Position numbers and translations under genes: made by a program. A DNA stretch of 64,000 nt from an uncultured archaeon (GTDB lineage: Archaea > Asgardarchaeota > Thorarchaeia > Thorarchaeales > Thorarchaeaceae): positions 1-64,000 of the forward strand of contig CAZLEV010000008.1 in the NCBI GenBank assembly GCA_964558645.1, read 5' to 3'. The stretch's first letter is position 1, and each line of letters opens with the position of its first letter. The notes below the pieces were generated by a model, which saw only the letters and a program-made list of their open reading frames with translations, ran no database searches and was not told the DNA's origin. Positions 1 to 8,846 of this stretch are shown here, piece after piece.

Positions 1-99
1 GCACAGGAGGAGGAAGCCAGGACCGTGGGAGGGATCCCATCCCGATGAACATGGACAGAGCCCCTGCTGCCTCAGCGGTCTTCGGGCCTGCTGGGGGCG

Positions 100-330
100 G
101 TGACGCTGGCAGAGGACGGGTGGAACACAGAAGTTTCGGACACCTTGAGTTCACTCAATGTGTCAGAAATGGTTTATCTGGAGAAACTTAGCGAATTCAC
201 TCATCTGGGCATTGGTGAACGAGATGCGACAATCTTGGCAACTATGTCAATTGAGGGTGCAACCAGCTTGATGACGCATGATCAAGCTCTCAAACGCATT
301 CCTGGGATTGATGTGATCGATCCAGTGTAG
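100..330 (+). pseudogene. C-terminal fragment of a PIN-domain (VapC-like) ribonuclease
   Basis: GIGERDATILATM...LMTHDQALKRIPGIDVIDP matches the PIN C-terminal D..I.A and hT.D motifs; the N-terminal hhDTN is missing, there is an in-frame TGA at 46-48, and composition changes at ~125. Confidence 0.55.
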
Positions 331-545
331 CTTGTGTCGACATGGCTTCGAATGAGTCAAGACCATGAAATAGGCTCAACATGAACCATCCGGGCGGCCA
401 TCTTCGTCCAGTACTTCCCTTTTTTCTCTGGTGCCGTATCTCGAAGGTTTCCTAGGATGGGGCAAGTAAACTCAATGTATCATCTAGAGCTCTATCTATG
501 CAGACTTCAGTGCCCTCAGAGAACAGCATTCTACTTGATTCAGAG

Positions 546-2438
546 CTATGACGAGGACTTCTTACGGCGATGCAGAACAATCAGTGTTCCAAATGCTACT
601 GCTACAGTTCCTCCTACAATGGTCACGATGAGGGACACCAGCTGGAGCCGAATGATAGGGTCAACGACAGTCACCATGACTGTGTCACAGACGCTGTTGC
701 CGTGTGCATCAGTCACGACGATGGTGTAGATGTGGGTGCCAGCATCAAGATCGTCCACAGGGATAGTGATGGTTTCAGTACTTGAGTTCCACATCCCTGA
801 TTCCAGCGGCAGACCATTGAGATAGATTGTATACGTGGCGGGGTTGAGGTCCTCAACAACCCAGCTGATGGTGTGACCTGTCATGGCATACTCGTACTCG
901 ATGTCTGCTGGACGACTGATCGTGGGTGGCGTTATGTCCACCACGGTGACAAGCACTCTATCACTCTCCTCATTTCCTAGGATATCCCTTGCGACAAGTG
1001 TGTAGGCGTAGACTCCCACGGGCAGCTCGTCGATAGACACGGTGATGGTTTCGGAGCTTGTGTTCCAGACTCCCGTTCTCACCACTGTATCGTTGCGATA
1101 GACAGCGTAGCTGTGAGGGTTCAGGTCCTCAGGGTTCCATGTGATGTTGTGCCCGGTGGTTCCGTACTCGTACGCGATATCTTCTGGACTGTCTACCGTG
1201 GGCGGGATGTTATCGATACGGTAGGGATGGTTGTCGATGCTCTCTGCCGAACCCGGAATGAGATAGACACCCTCGCCATCATAGTCGTCCCAGTAGTTGC
1301 CGTGTGTGCCATTGTCCCAGGCATTCGCAGTGCCGTTGTCCACGGCATTGTGCTGAGTGTTATCGTAGAGCCGATTGAGAGACAGCGAAACATCCTGACT
1401 GGATCTGCTTAGACAGATGCCACAGACATTGTCAGCAGCGGTATTGTTGATCAGCATGCAGTCAGAGCCACTCAATAGGAAACCTCTCTCACCGTTACTA
1501 ATGGCCGCGTTGCTGGTCAGGGTGCATTCATCAGCGTCCAACAAAAATCCCGTCCGACCATTGTTGATAGCACTATTCATCGTCATGGTGAGATGCTTAT
1601 GGGAAACGAAGTGGAAGCCATAGTCGGTGGCATTGCTGGCAACATTCCCTATCATGGTGGATGCCGAACCGTAATGGAAACGGAACCCAACCAGATTCTT
1701 GACAGCTCTGTTATCTGTGAAGGTGCCGTTGGAGTACGAGAAATAAAACCCACATTGTGAACTGTTCCTGACGATGTTGGCTGTATAGATGGAGTTGTAG
1801 GCAAATTTGGCAGAGATTCCCTTTCCACCAGTACCGCTGATGGTGTTGTTTTCAATGATAGAGACACGAACAATCCAGAAACTGATACCGCCCCACTCAC
1901 TGTCACTGATGGTATTGTTCTTCACCAAGCAGTCACTTGAGTGATCGATGAAGACTCCACATCCATTGCTCCATAGGATGCTGTCCGCCACAGTGCAGTT
2001 CGGTGATGAGGAGAACCTCACTCCGTACCCGTGCAGCTCGATGACGCAGTCCTTCACAGTTCCATGGGTCACGTTGTCAAAGACGATGCCATCGCTGCTG
2101 GTCGGCAGAGCTGCCGAGATGAGGCAGTCCCTTATCTCGAAGTAGACATCTGTGTTGCTGACAGTGATGCATGTTGAGCTGTCTATGATCCGCAGCCCCT
2201 CGATGACATAGGGGTCATCTTCTGTCCCGCTCCCCGGCCATCCCTGGTCCTCAAAGTTAGCGTTCCCATTGATGGTGATGGGCCCGTGGGGGGTATAGGC
2301 GGCGACAGAGGTCACCTGCTGCTCCCTTCGACTGCCGCGGTTCTCTCGGAATGATCCATGGGTGACCACGCAGACATTCGATAGAAGCAGCGCTACAAGG
2401 ATCAGCAGAGCATAGACTCGACATTCCCATTCACCCAT
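546..2438 (-). CDS. Cell-surface parallel beta-helix (NosD/CASH-type) protein with two Ig-like repeats and a C-terminal TM anchor
   Basis: Signal-like N-terminus; G.Gt..DPY.IE motif; many N....N...G beta-helix repeats; WDNG...GNYWDDY; TM followed by RRKK. GGAGG lies before the ATG at 2438 (ORF track start 2471). Confidence 0.85.
   Translation of the reverse strand: MGEWECRVYALLILVALLLSNVCVVTHGSFRENRGSRREQQVTSVAAYTPHGPITINGNANFEDQGWPGSGTEDDPYVIEGLRIIDSSTCITVSNTDVYFEIRDCLISAALPTSSDGIVFDNVTHGTVKDCVIELHGYGVRFSSSPNCTVADSILWSNGCGVFIDHSSDCLVKNNTISDSEWGGISFWIVRVSIIENNTISGTGGKGISAKFAYNSIYTANIVRNSSQCGFYFSYSNGTFTDNRAVKNLVGFRFHYGSASTMIGNVASNATDYGFHFVSHKHLTMTMNSAINNGRTGFLLDADECTLTSNAAISNGERGFLLSGSDCMLINNTAADNVCGICLSRSSQDVSLSLNRLYDNTQHNAVDNGTANAWDNGTHGNYWDDYDGEGVYLIPGSAESIDNHPYRIDNIPPTVDSPEDIAYEYGTTGHNITWNPEDLNPHSYAVYRNDTVVRTGVWNTSSETITVSIDELPVGVYAYTLVARDILGNEESDRVLVTVVDITPPTISRPADIEYEYAMTGHTISWVVEDLNPATYTIYLNGLPLESGMWNSSTETITIPVDDLDAGTHIYTIVVTDAHGNSVCDTVMVTVVDPIIRLQLVSLIVTIVGGTVAVAFGTLIVLHRRKKSSS
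663..1214 (-). repeat. Tandem intragenic repeat, 2 x 276 nt (92-aa Ig-like module)
   Basis: D..PPT...P.DI.YEY..TGH.I.W..EDLNP..Y..Y.N.....G.WN...ETIT...D.L..G...YT.V..D..GN...D.V.VTVVD occurs at 939-1214 and 663-938. Confidence 0.85.
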
Positions 2439-2829
2439 GTTTACTCCTCCGGGTCTACGTGCCAACACCATACTTGGAGACAGGCCCTTTCAAGTTTTTC
2501 TTGCAGTCCAATTCTCTTGAGTGTTTCTTGATGCTCTGGATACAGAAGTGCGTCTTTCAGCACATCAGTTGAATAACCGGCAGCACATCCTGGTGTTGTT
2601 CCGTGATACATCAATCTCTGTCTTCTGCTATCGTTCTTCGACGGCTGCCTAAAAGATTTGCATTTCCATCTTCGGTATATTCCGATGCATTTCTTTTCAG
2701 TACTAGAGGGATCCATGTAACTATGGAACTGGTGTGAAACAGACAAATGAAGGAACCAAAGTAGAGGATGCAAAGGTATAAACTCGAAGAAATGCTTGAA
2801 AGAGCCATCAGCAGTGGGAGATGTTGTCC

Positions 2830-3255
2830 ATGCCCAAGTTACCTGAGCCACGCAAGAAACGTTACATGCGGAAGATACATCATGGTCGACATCGGATCAC
2901 ACTTGTTAAGGAATGGCAGAAGGAAGGAACATCTGAATATGAAATAAAGAGTCTGTTAGCAATAGAGAAAGCGGCTCAGGAATCTATTGAAGTGGCTACG
3001 GACTTGATGGCGATGATTCTGAAGGACATATCCATCCCGCCGACCGATGATTATACTAACATCTCGAGGGTTCTAGAACAGGATATCATAGCAGAGAAAA
3101 CTGGACGAATTCTGAGAGAAGCCAATGGGCTTAGAAATCGTCTCATTCATGTGTATAACGATATAGAGCAAAAAGTGCTTCTGCAAAGCATCAGAAGAGT
3201 CATGCCCGGAATTTCCGAGTTCTTGGACGTGGTGGAAAAATGGTTGAACACATGA
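2830..3255 (+). CDS. hepT: HEPN (DUF86) ribonuclease toxin
   Basis: RX4HXY motif RNRLIHVY; ATGA overlap with the downstream nucleotidyltransferase. Confidence 0.88.
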   Translation: MPKLPEPRKKRYMRKIHHGRHRITLVKEWQKEGTSEYEIKSLLAIEKAAQESIEVATDLMAMILKDISIPPTDDYTNISRVLEQDIIAEKTGRILREANGLRNRLIHVYNDIEQKVLLQSIRRVMPGISEFLDVVEKWLNT

Positions 3256-3680
3256 TATCCAAAATCAGAGATGAACTTGATTGGATGCAAGAGCTTCCCA
3301 AGATTGATGCAGTTCTCCTGTTCGGTTCTCGAGTTGAAGGTACAGCCACAGATACGAGCGACTATGACGTATGCATTGTTGCTTCAACTCTGCGATCCGC
3401 GGATGAGCAAGCAGAACTACTTGGTAAAATCTGGAGCCAGCTAGATGCAAACAAGTATGATGTCTGGATTTTTGAAGAGCTGCCTTTGTATCTCCAGATG
3501 AGTGTCATCGATAACCATGAGATTCTCTTTTGTGCCGATATCCCAGAGCTCTATGAATACTTCTATAGATTCAGAAAAAGGTGGAGGACCCAGGCGCCTA
3601 GGCAGTCTTTAAGTTTTGAAGTCGCCATTGATCCGTTGGATCTCAAGGAAATTTGGAAAACAGAACCCTCGTCCACATGA
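3252..3680 (+). CDS. mntA: Minimal nucleotidyltransferase antitoxin (MNT)
   Basis: GSX10DXD motif GSRVEGTATDTSDYD; translationally coupled to the HEPN gene. Confidence 0.88.
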   Translation: MISKIRDELDWMQELPKIDAVLLFGSRVEGTATDTSDYDVCIVASTLRSADEQAELLGKIWSQLDANKYDVWIFEELPLYLQMSVIDNHEILFCADIPELYEYFYRFRKRWRTQAPRQSLSFEVAIDPLDLKEIWKTEPSST

Positions 3681-3688
3681 ATTGCAGT

Positions 3689-3928
3689 TCAATTCAGAAT
3701 CTCAACCAGAGTGATGATACGGTTCCCCGTTAGTGGCGGTCTTACTGCATCTTCATCTTCAAAATAGAGTTCCAGCGTTTCCTTGAGATTTGCCAGAGCC
3801 TTTTCTACTGTTTCACCTTTACTAGCAATATCTACATCTGGAGCAAGTGCAACATAGTGCTTTTCTTCACGACTAACGACCACAGTAAAGAGCATTGACA
3901 TCGAAATCACCTTCAAAGAATTCTCCAT
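3689..3928 (-). CDS. hicB: HicB-family (UPF0150) antitoxin-like protein, no HicA partner
   Basis: YVALAPDVDIASKGETVEKALANLKETLELY matches the HicB consensus. Confidence 0.85.
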   Translation of the reverse strand: MENSLKVISMSMLFTVVVSREEKHYVALAPDVDIASKGETVEKALANLKETLELYFEDEDAVRPPLTGNRIITLVEILN

Positions 3929-4105
3929 TAATTTTTATCAACAATCCTTTTGTACGCACATCTGAATGAACACATGACCTGTGTAACTAGCCGCCCTGCC
4001 ATCGGATGGGTCAAGACCATGAATTCCATCTTGCGACAACCGAGTGGGCCCTAGAGGATACTTGGCCGAATAAGACAAAAGCGTGTCTGACGCTAGAGTA
4101 GAATC

Positions 4106-4528
4106 ATGCGTAATCAGACACCCTTTGCATTGTGCATCATCGGTGGATTGCTGTTGATCATAACTGGATATACACAAGGCGTGGGAACAATCATCCTAGT
4201 CTACCAGTTTGTTCATTCGCTTGCAGCGTTGTCACCATTCTATCCTATCATTGACTCTGTATTGCTTGTCCTCTGGATCATTGCTTGGCTTGGTGGTTTC
4301 GCAGTGATTCTTGGCGGCTATCTCCTGACGACGACACATGTTGGGCTCGGGAAATTCATCATTGCAATCGCGTCGGGCTTTGGACTCATCAGTTTTGTCT
4401 TAGCATTGCTCTACGTCGGCATCACATCGGGACTTGCAGGCCTTCTTGTGCTCACTTGGTTCATACTGAACTCTGCTTGGGCGCTGGGGCTTTTGTTGAC
4501 GGTCATTGCCAGAGCGAAGGCAGTATAG
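4106..4528 (+). CDS. Hypothetical membrane protein (~4 TM)
   Basis: 140-aa hydrophobic ORF. Confidence 0.75.
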   Translation: MRNQTPFALCIIGGLLLIITGYTQGVGTIILVYQFVHSLAALSPFYPIIDSVLLVLWIIAWLGGFAVILGGYLLTTTHVGLGKFIIAIASGFGLISFVLALLYVGITSGLAGLLVLTWFILNSAWALGLLLTVIARAKAV

Positions 4529-4588
4529 AGCCCATCATCTCGATATTTGGCTGCTGATGGTGGTTTTCCCCCGCCACCTTGTCGTGTT

Positions 4589-5041
4589 CTAGAACGCTCT
4601 GTCCAGCCACGGTCCTTTGTATTCTCTTATGAAGACAACTCCAGCTAGGATTGCCACCATTCCAGCCAGAAACGCGGGGGCAAGAAGAATGATTGCGTCA
4701 CCCATTTCTGCTCCGAACATGAAAGCCACAACGATGGTCATGATACCTCCGCATATTCCACAACAGGGTGTGGACTGCACTCGCTGCCCTGTGTCGCGAG
4801 TCGTGATTGTTCTGGTGTAGCTCCCGTCATAATTCGGGGTTTCCACCACTGTCTGATCCAGCACTGCGCTGAGACCTCCTTTATACGCCATGCCTGCTCC
4901 CACGAACATGACAAAGGCGAAGGTTCCCGCAACCATGGAACCTACCCAGTCATCGAATATTGCTGCGCTGATACCCACCTGACCAATGAGGAGGCACCCC
5001 GATATGAGATGCAGAATTGCGCTGTCTCTTGATCCCGTCAT
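4589..5041 (-). CDS. Hypothetical membrane protein (~4 TM, CCGICG motif)
   Basis: Hydrophobic ORF; probable ATG at 5041. Confidence 0.7.
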   Translation of the reverse strand: MTGSRDSAILHLISGCLLIGQVGISAAIFDDWVGSMVAGTFAFVMFVGAGMAYKGGLSAVLDQTVVETPNYDGSYTRTITTRDTGQRVQSTPCCGICGGIMTIVVAFMFGAEMGDAIILLAPAFLAGMVAILAGVVFIREYKGPWLDRAF

Positions 5042-5110
5042 GTTTCTTTTTCCTCGCAGAAGCAAGCCGTAGACAATCCCGGTTATATCTCTTTTAGATT
5101 GCAGGAAGTG

Positions 5111-5368
5111 ATCAAGACGAGTCTAGGGGGTTCTCTTGTCCTGGGAGTGGTATCTAGGTGTCCACTCATTATGCGACCTTGCAGCTTGGCTTCAGTCTAC
5201 AGCTCTGTATCGAAGAAGTCTGGCTACAACGATTGGACTTCCTTCAGGTCGCGAATGAGGTAAACAGGGACATCAGGAATCGTTTCATGTTTCACTGTCC
5301 GAGGAGAGTTGGGAAGCTACTGCTTGCATCGTGATACGTCGTGTCCATAGATGCCCCCCCTTCTTGAT
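5111..5368 (+). ncRNA. Candidate structured non-coding RNA or long leader, family unknown
   Basis: Nested inverted repeats: 5111-17/5362-68, 5137-43/5265-72, 5165-70/5254-59, 5173-79/5246-52, 5212-23/5233-45. G-U wobbles favour the + strand; TTATAT at 5083-88. Confidence 0.4.
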
Positions 5369-5470
5369 ATGAGTGACGACTTCTTGTCATCAGAGTGGCC
5401 GAAATCCACGATAGACAATGATGTGGAAGACATATACGCAAATGAACCATCTGATTGTGAGGTGAAAACA

Positions 5471-6139
5471 GTGGGTATAACGATCAGACTACTAGCTCAT
5501 GCCAGCATACAAATCAAGACTGACACTCAGAACATATACGTCGATCCTACCACAAAAGGTACAGGTCTTAAGAAGAGCGATTTTGGCCCTGCTGACTTAA
5601 TACTCGTCACACATGGCCATCAGGATCACTTCGACAAGGACCTGATCAAGAAGATTCGGAAATTGGGGTCGCCGGTGATAGCTCCGGAGGAACTAAAAAA
5701 GGAACTGAAAGGTGTTGCAGTCTGGGGGATGGATGCAGGCCAGCATATGGTGATAAGTGACGGGCCTACCATATGGACGACCCCAGCATACAATGTGAAG
5801 CGTTTCCGCTCCCCTGGGAAGCCATATCATCCTCAGGGGCTTGGAGTTGGCTACATCATCAAGCTGGATGATAAGAAGATATACCATGCCGGCGATACCG
5901 ACTTGATTCCGGAGATGGAGAGGCTCCCTGAGCTTGATGTCGCACTACTCCCAAGTGGGGGAACCTATACAATGGACATGAGTGAGGCTGCTGAGGCGGC
6001 AATCCTCCTCAAGCCGAAGGTTGCGATTCCTATCCATCTCCGAGATGCAAATCCTCAGCATTTCAAAGATCAAGTTGAGAAGAGCTCTTCAACGAGAGTT
6101 GTCATCCTTGGCCACGGCGAGGAGTACGTACTTGAATGA
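5471..6139 (+). CDS. MBL-fold metallo-hydrolase (UPF0173-like)
   Basis: THGHQDH and YHAGDT motifs; GAGGTGA before the GTG at 5471. Confidence 0.9.
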   Translation: MGITIRLLAHASIQIKTDTQNIYVDPTTKGTGLKKSDFGPADLILVTHGHQDHFDKDLIKKIRKLGSPVIAPEELKKELKGVAVWGMDAGQHMVISDGPTIWTTPAYNVKRFRSPGKPYHPQGLGVGYIIKLDDKKIYHAGDTDLIPEMERLPELDVALLPSGGTYTMDMSEAAEAAILLKPKVAIPIHLRDANPQHFKDQVEKSSSTRVVILGHGEEYVLE

Positions 6140-6214
6140 GTCTCTTTCCGAGGGCAACATGTTTTCCATGCGAGGAAAAACATAATTACCATGCGGTAAG
6201 TGAGTACCATTTGA

Positions 6215-7888
6215 TTGGTGATACCTGTGGTTAGAGAACTCAGTATTGGGCTAGCTTTCATTGATTCTACCTCCAGAAAACGAGAGTTGTCGAAGGAAGA
6301 GATCTATGTCACCACCCTTGCTTTAGCTGAGCATCAGAAGACTGGTCATTCGCGTGTGGCCGGCCTGAGTCTAGTTGGATTACCATTCTGGCTCGTTCAA
6401 ACGAGCGCCTCGACATCAATAGTTCTCGCTCCCTCCAGGGCTACTTCTGCTGAGTTCGAGTTCACAGAAAACCCCCATGTGAGCGACATGCGGAAGACTC
6501 TCGCGAGTGGAGTTTCTGAACCCAAGGATGTGCCACCTGCAGTAGATCGATTGATCAAGAACTTGTCTGAGTTGGACAATAGAACCCAGAGGATTCAATC
6601 GGTCGAAGACCCGTCTGCTCTACTCTCGGCCGCGAACTACGTGAGCCCTTCTCCATCAGAGCAATCTGTCGCACTCATCGAAGGATCTATCGCGTCCCAG
6701 GATGCACTCGTTGCGAGCGAAACCTATCAGGACTTGAGAGAGTCAATATCCGTCCGCATCAAGGCCATGGAAGAACTCCGTTCGTTGGCAGACGAAAAAC
6801 TAGGCGGCCAGCTATCAGTCATCGAGAACATAATCTCTACTGATGAACGAAGGTATCGGCAGCAGCTGGAACGCATGCAGCAGACCGTCGATTATGACGT
6901 AGAGCAGTTAAGGGAGAAGACCGATCGTCGACTTTACTCCCTACGCGAGAAGCTCACAATGGACCTGCGTGCAAAGACTGCTGATTTTGCCCGATCAATG
7001 ACTCAGATCGAGTCACTACTTGGTGGTCTCCTCGATGAAACAAGATCTTCTCAAGCAGCAGTGAGCGAAAAGGGCGAAGACGTACAAGGGGCTGTTTCAG
7101 TTTTCATGGATCTTTCTGCGACTCTTAGAGACCGTACCACAGATATTCCTGAGGTTTTAGCAAATGTAGAATCCTACGCTCAGACGCTGCTAAAATCTGC
7201 TGAGCAACTTCGTGAGAGTTTTGATGAGGAAAGGCAGAAAACCGAGGCCATGTATGAGGAAGAAGTCAAGAAGAAGAGGGACCGAGTCGAGGCCTTCAGA
7301 GAAGAGATGGATGTAAAGATTGAGAACCTCAGGGTTGTACGGGACGAGGTGAAGGCATCGTTAGAGCGACTGGATGCAGAAATCAGCAATCGTATTGTTC
7401 AGCTTCAGGCTGAGTTCCTCGATGTCACAAGGATCTCCATAGAAAACGAAAGAATCGAGGGGATTGCACCCCTTACTCGGCTAACGGTCAACTGTGCAGT
7501 CATCACCTATCCCGATGGAAAGACACAGCTCCTAAGTCCGTATCTTGTGCCTGACGAGCGAATCGGTGCCACATTACATCATCATCCAGTTAGCCGCCCG
7601 CTTGCAGAGAGGACTTCCTCAAATGTTCAGGAGTGGCTCAAAGAAGACTCTACCTTCGCAAACGCCTTTGAACGTGCAATACGAGAGGGAAACATCTTCC
7701 TGCAGGAAAATGCCGGAAGCATCATAAGAGAGGGTCTGTTCAAGCTTCAGGCAAGTCAGAGGCTCGAAGATGGTACAAAGGGAACACTCGAAACCATCTG
7801 GAATCGCTATTCAGGTAAGTGCCCAAAATGCGGTGTGGACGTGGAGATTGCTGACGAGTTCTGCCCGAAGTGTGGTGCTACACTCTGA
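6215..7888 (+). CDS. Long coiled-coil protein with C-terminal zinc ribbon
   Basis: ~250-aa heptad-rich central region; C-terminal CPKCG-x9-CPKCG. Confidence 0.75.
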   Translation: MVIPVVRELSIGLAFIDSTSRKRELSKEEIYVTTLALAEHQKTGHSRVAGLSLVGLPFWLVQTSASTSIVLAPSRATSAEFEFTENPHVSDMRKTLASGVSEPKDVPPAVDRLIKNLSELDNRTQRIQSVEDPSALLSAANYVSPSPSEQSVALIEGSIASQDALVASETYQDLRESISVRIKAMEELRSLADEKLGGQLSVIENIISTDERRYRQQLERMQQTVDYDVEQLREKTDRRLYSLREKLTMDLRAKTADFARSMTQIESLLGGLLDETRSSQAAVSEKGEDVQGAVSVFMDLSATLRDRTTDIPEVLANVESYAQTLLKSAEQLRESFDEERQKTEAMYEEEVKKKRDRVEAFREEMDVKIENLRVVRDEVKASLERLDAEISNRIVQLQAEFLDVTRISIENERIEGIAPLTRLTVNCAVITYPDGKTQLLSPYLVPDERIGATLHHHPVSRPLAERTSSNVQEWLKEDSTFANAFERAIREGNIFLQENAGSIIREGLFKLQASQRLEDGTKGTLETIWNRYSGKCPKCGVDVEIADEFCPKCGATL

Positions 7889-7969
7889 TTCTCTCATAGC
7901 ACATCACGGTGGAAATACAGATACTGCGGTTCCCATCTACATGACTACGTGCTGATGGAGTTGGTCGCT

Positions 7970-8590
7970 CTATAGTATCTTGCCTTCGGGGAGTTCGTTG
8001 AGCAGAAGTCCCTCTTTCTCAGCTTCCGCAATAGCCTTTGCAGCCTTTCTTCCTCCGATTGATTCGAGTGAACCGGCCGCTGTCTGTCTTACAAAGAGCG
8101 ATTCATCCTGAAGTGCCTGTATCAGTATATCAACAGCTTTCTTGTCACCCCGTTCTCCCAGTTTCAGCGCTGCCTGCAGGCGGACCATGTACCTCGGATC
8201 GTTCAGACAGTCAATGAGGTAAGTCATGGCTTGGGGGTGATCGATGTTAGCGAGTCCGTCCACAGCTCCGAGTGCAACTTGTTGGTCTGCACTGTGGAGC
8301 TCTTCGAGATAGTCCTGAATCATCTGGTCAATGGGGGCAGTCTTCTTCCCTATTTTCTTCCTAGGCTTCTTCTCAACGACGTCTTTTGGAGATGAGATCC
8401 TTCTGGCTGATGCAATCATCTTCTTGGCAGTGGCGGTTCCAAGACCATCTACTTTCTGAGCTAGCTTAGCAGGTTCATGCTTGGCCAAACTGGCGACGGT
8501 CTCTATCCCTGCATCTCTCAGTTTCACTTCGGTCTTTGGTCCTATACCGGATACATCCGAAAGTTTGGGTCTGCCAGACTTCTTCGTCAC
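7970..8590 (-). CDS. Helix-hairpin-helix plus HEAT-repeat protein
   Basis: LSDVSGIGPKT...VDGLG HhH pair; Lys-rich linker; three PBS-lyase-type HEAT repeats (L.D....VR..AA..LG). Confidence 0.8.
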   Translation of the reverse strand: MTKKSGRPKLSDVSGIGPKTEVKLRDAGIETVASLAKHEPAKLAQKVDGLGTATAKKMIASARRISSPKDVVEKKPRKKIGKKTAPIDQMIQDYLEELHSADQQVALGAVDGLANIDHPQAMTYLIDCLNDPRYMVRLQAALKLGERGDKKAVDILIQALQDESLFVRQTAAGSLESIGGRKAAKAIAEAEKEGLLLNELPEGKIL

Positions 8591-8846
8591 GAGGATCCCA
8601 CCTTACGATGCTGTACTGTGAATAGTCCCGTTATTAAATCCATTACCATTAGGCCATTTTGCTTGCATTTTCAGTTTCAGTTGTGACGAGTAGTCAACTA
8701 TGGATAGGTGTTACCTTGTGATCTGATCATTGTAGCAATCGGCGATTCTTGCGGCAACTCGAAGAGACCGTGCAATAACAGCCTCCTCAAGAGAACACAA
8801 AACCCTTTTGATACATGTGAGGAGTCGGGTGTGTGGTGAACAAATA

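Noticed and set aside
10-25. 16-nt match GAGGAAGCCAGGACCG with 44364-44379 (inside padR)
   Set aside because: A 16-mer match is close to chance expectation for 64 kb and there is no flanking similarity
5101-5370. RNase P RNA, SRP RNA or cobalamin riboswitch
   Set aside because: P4-like words (GAAGGAAGUCC, AGAAGGGGGG) are in the wrong order; there is no SRP CAGG...GGAA...AGCA helix; most of the B12 box is absent. Kept only as an unknown structured RNA
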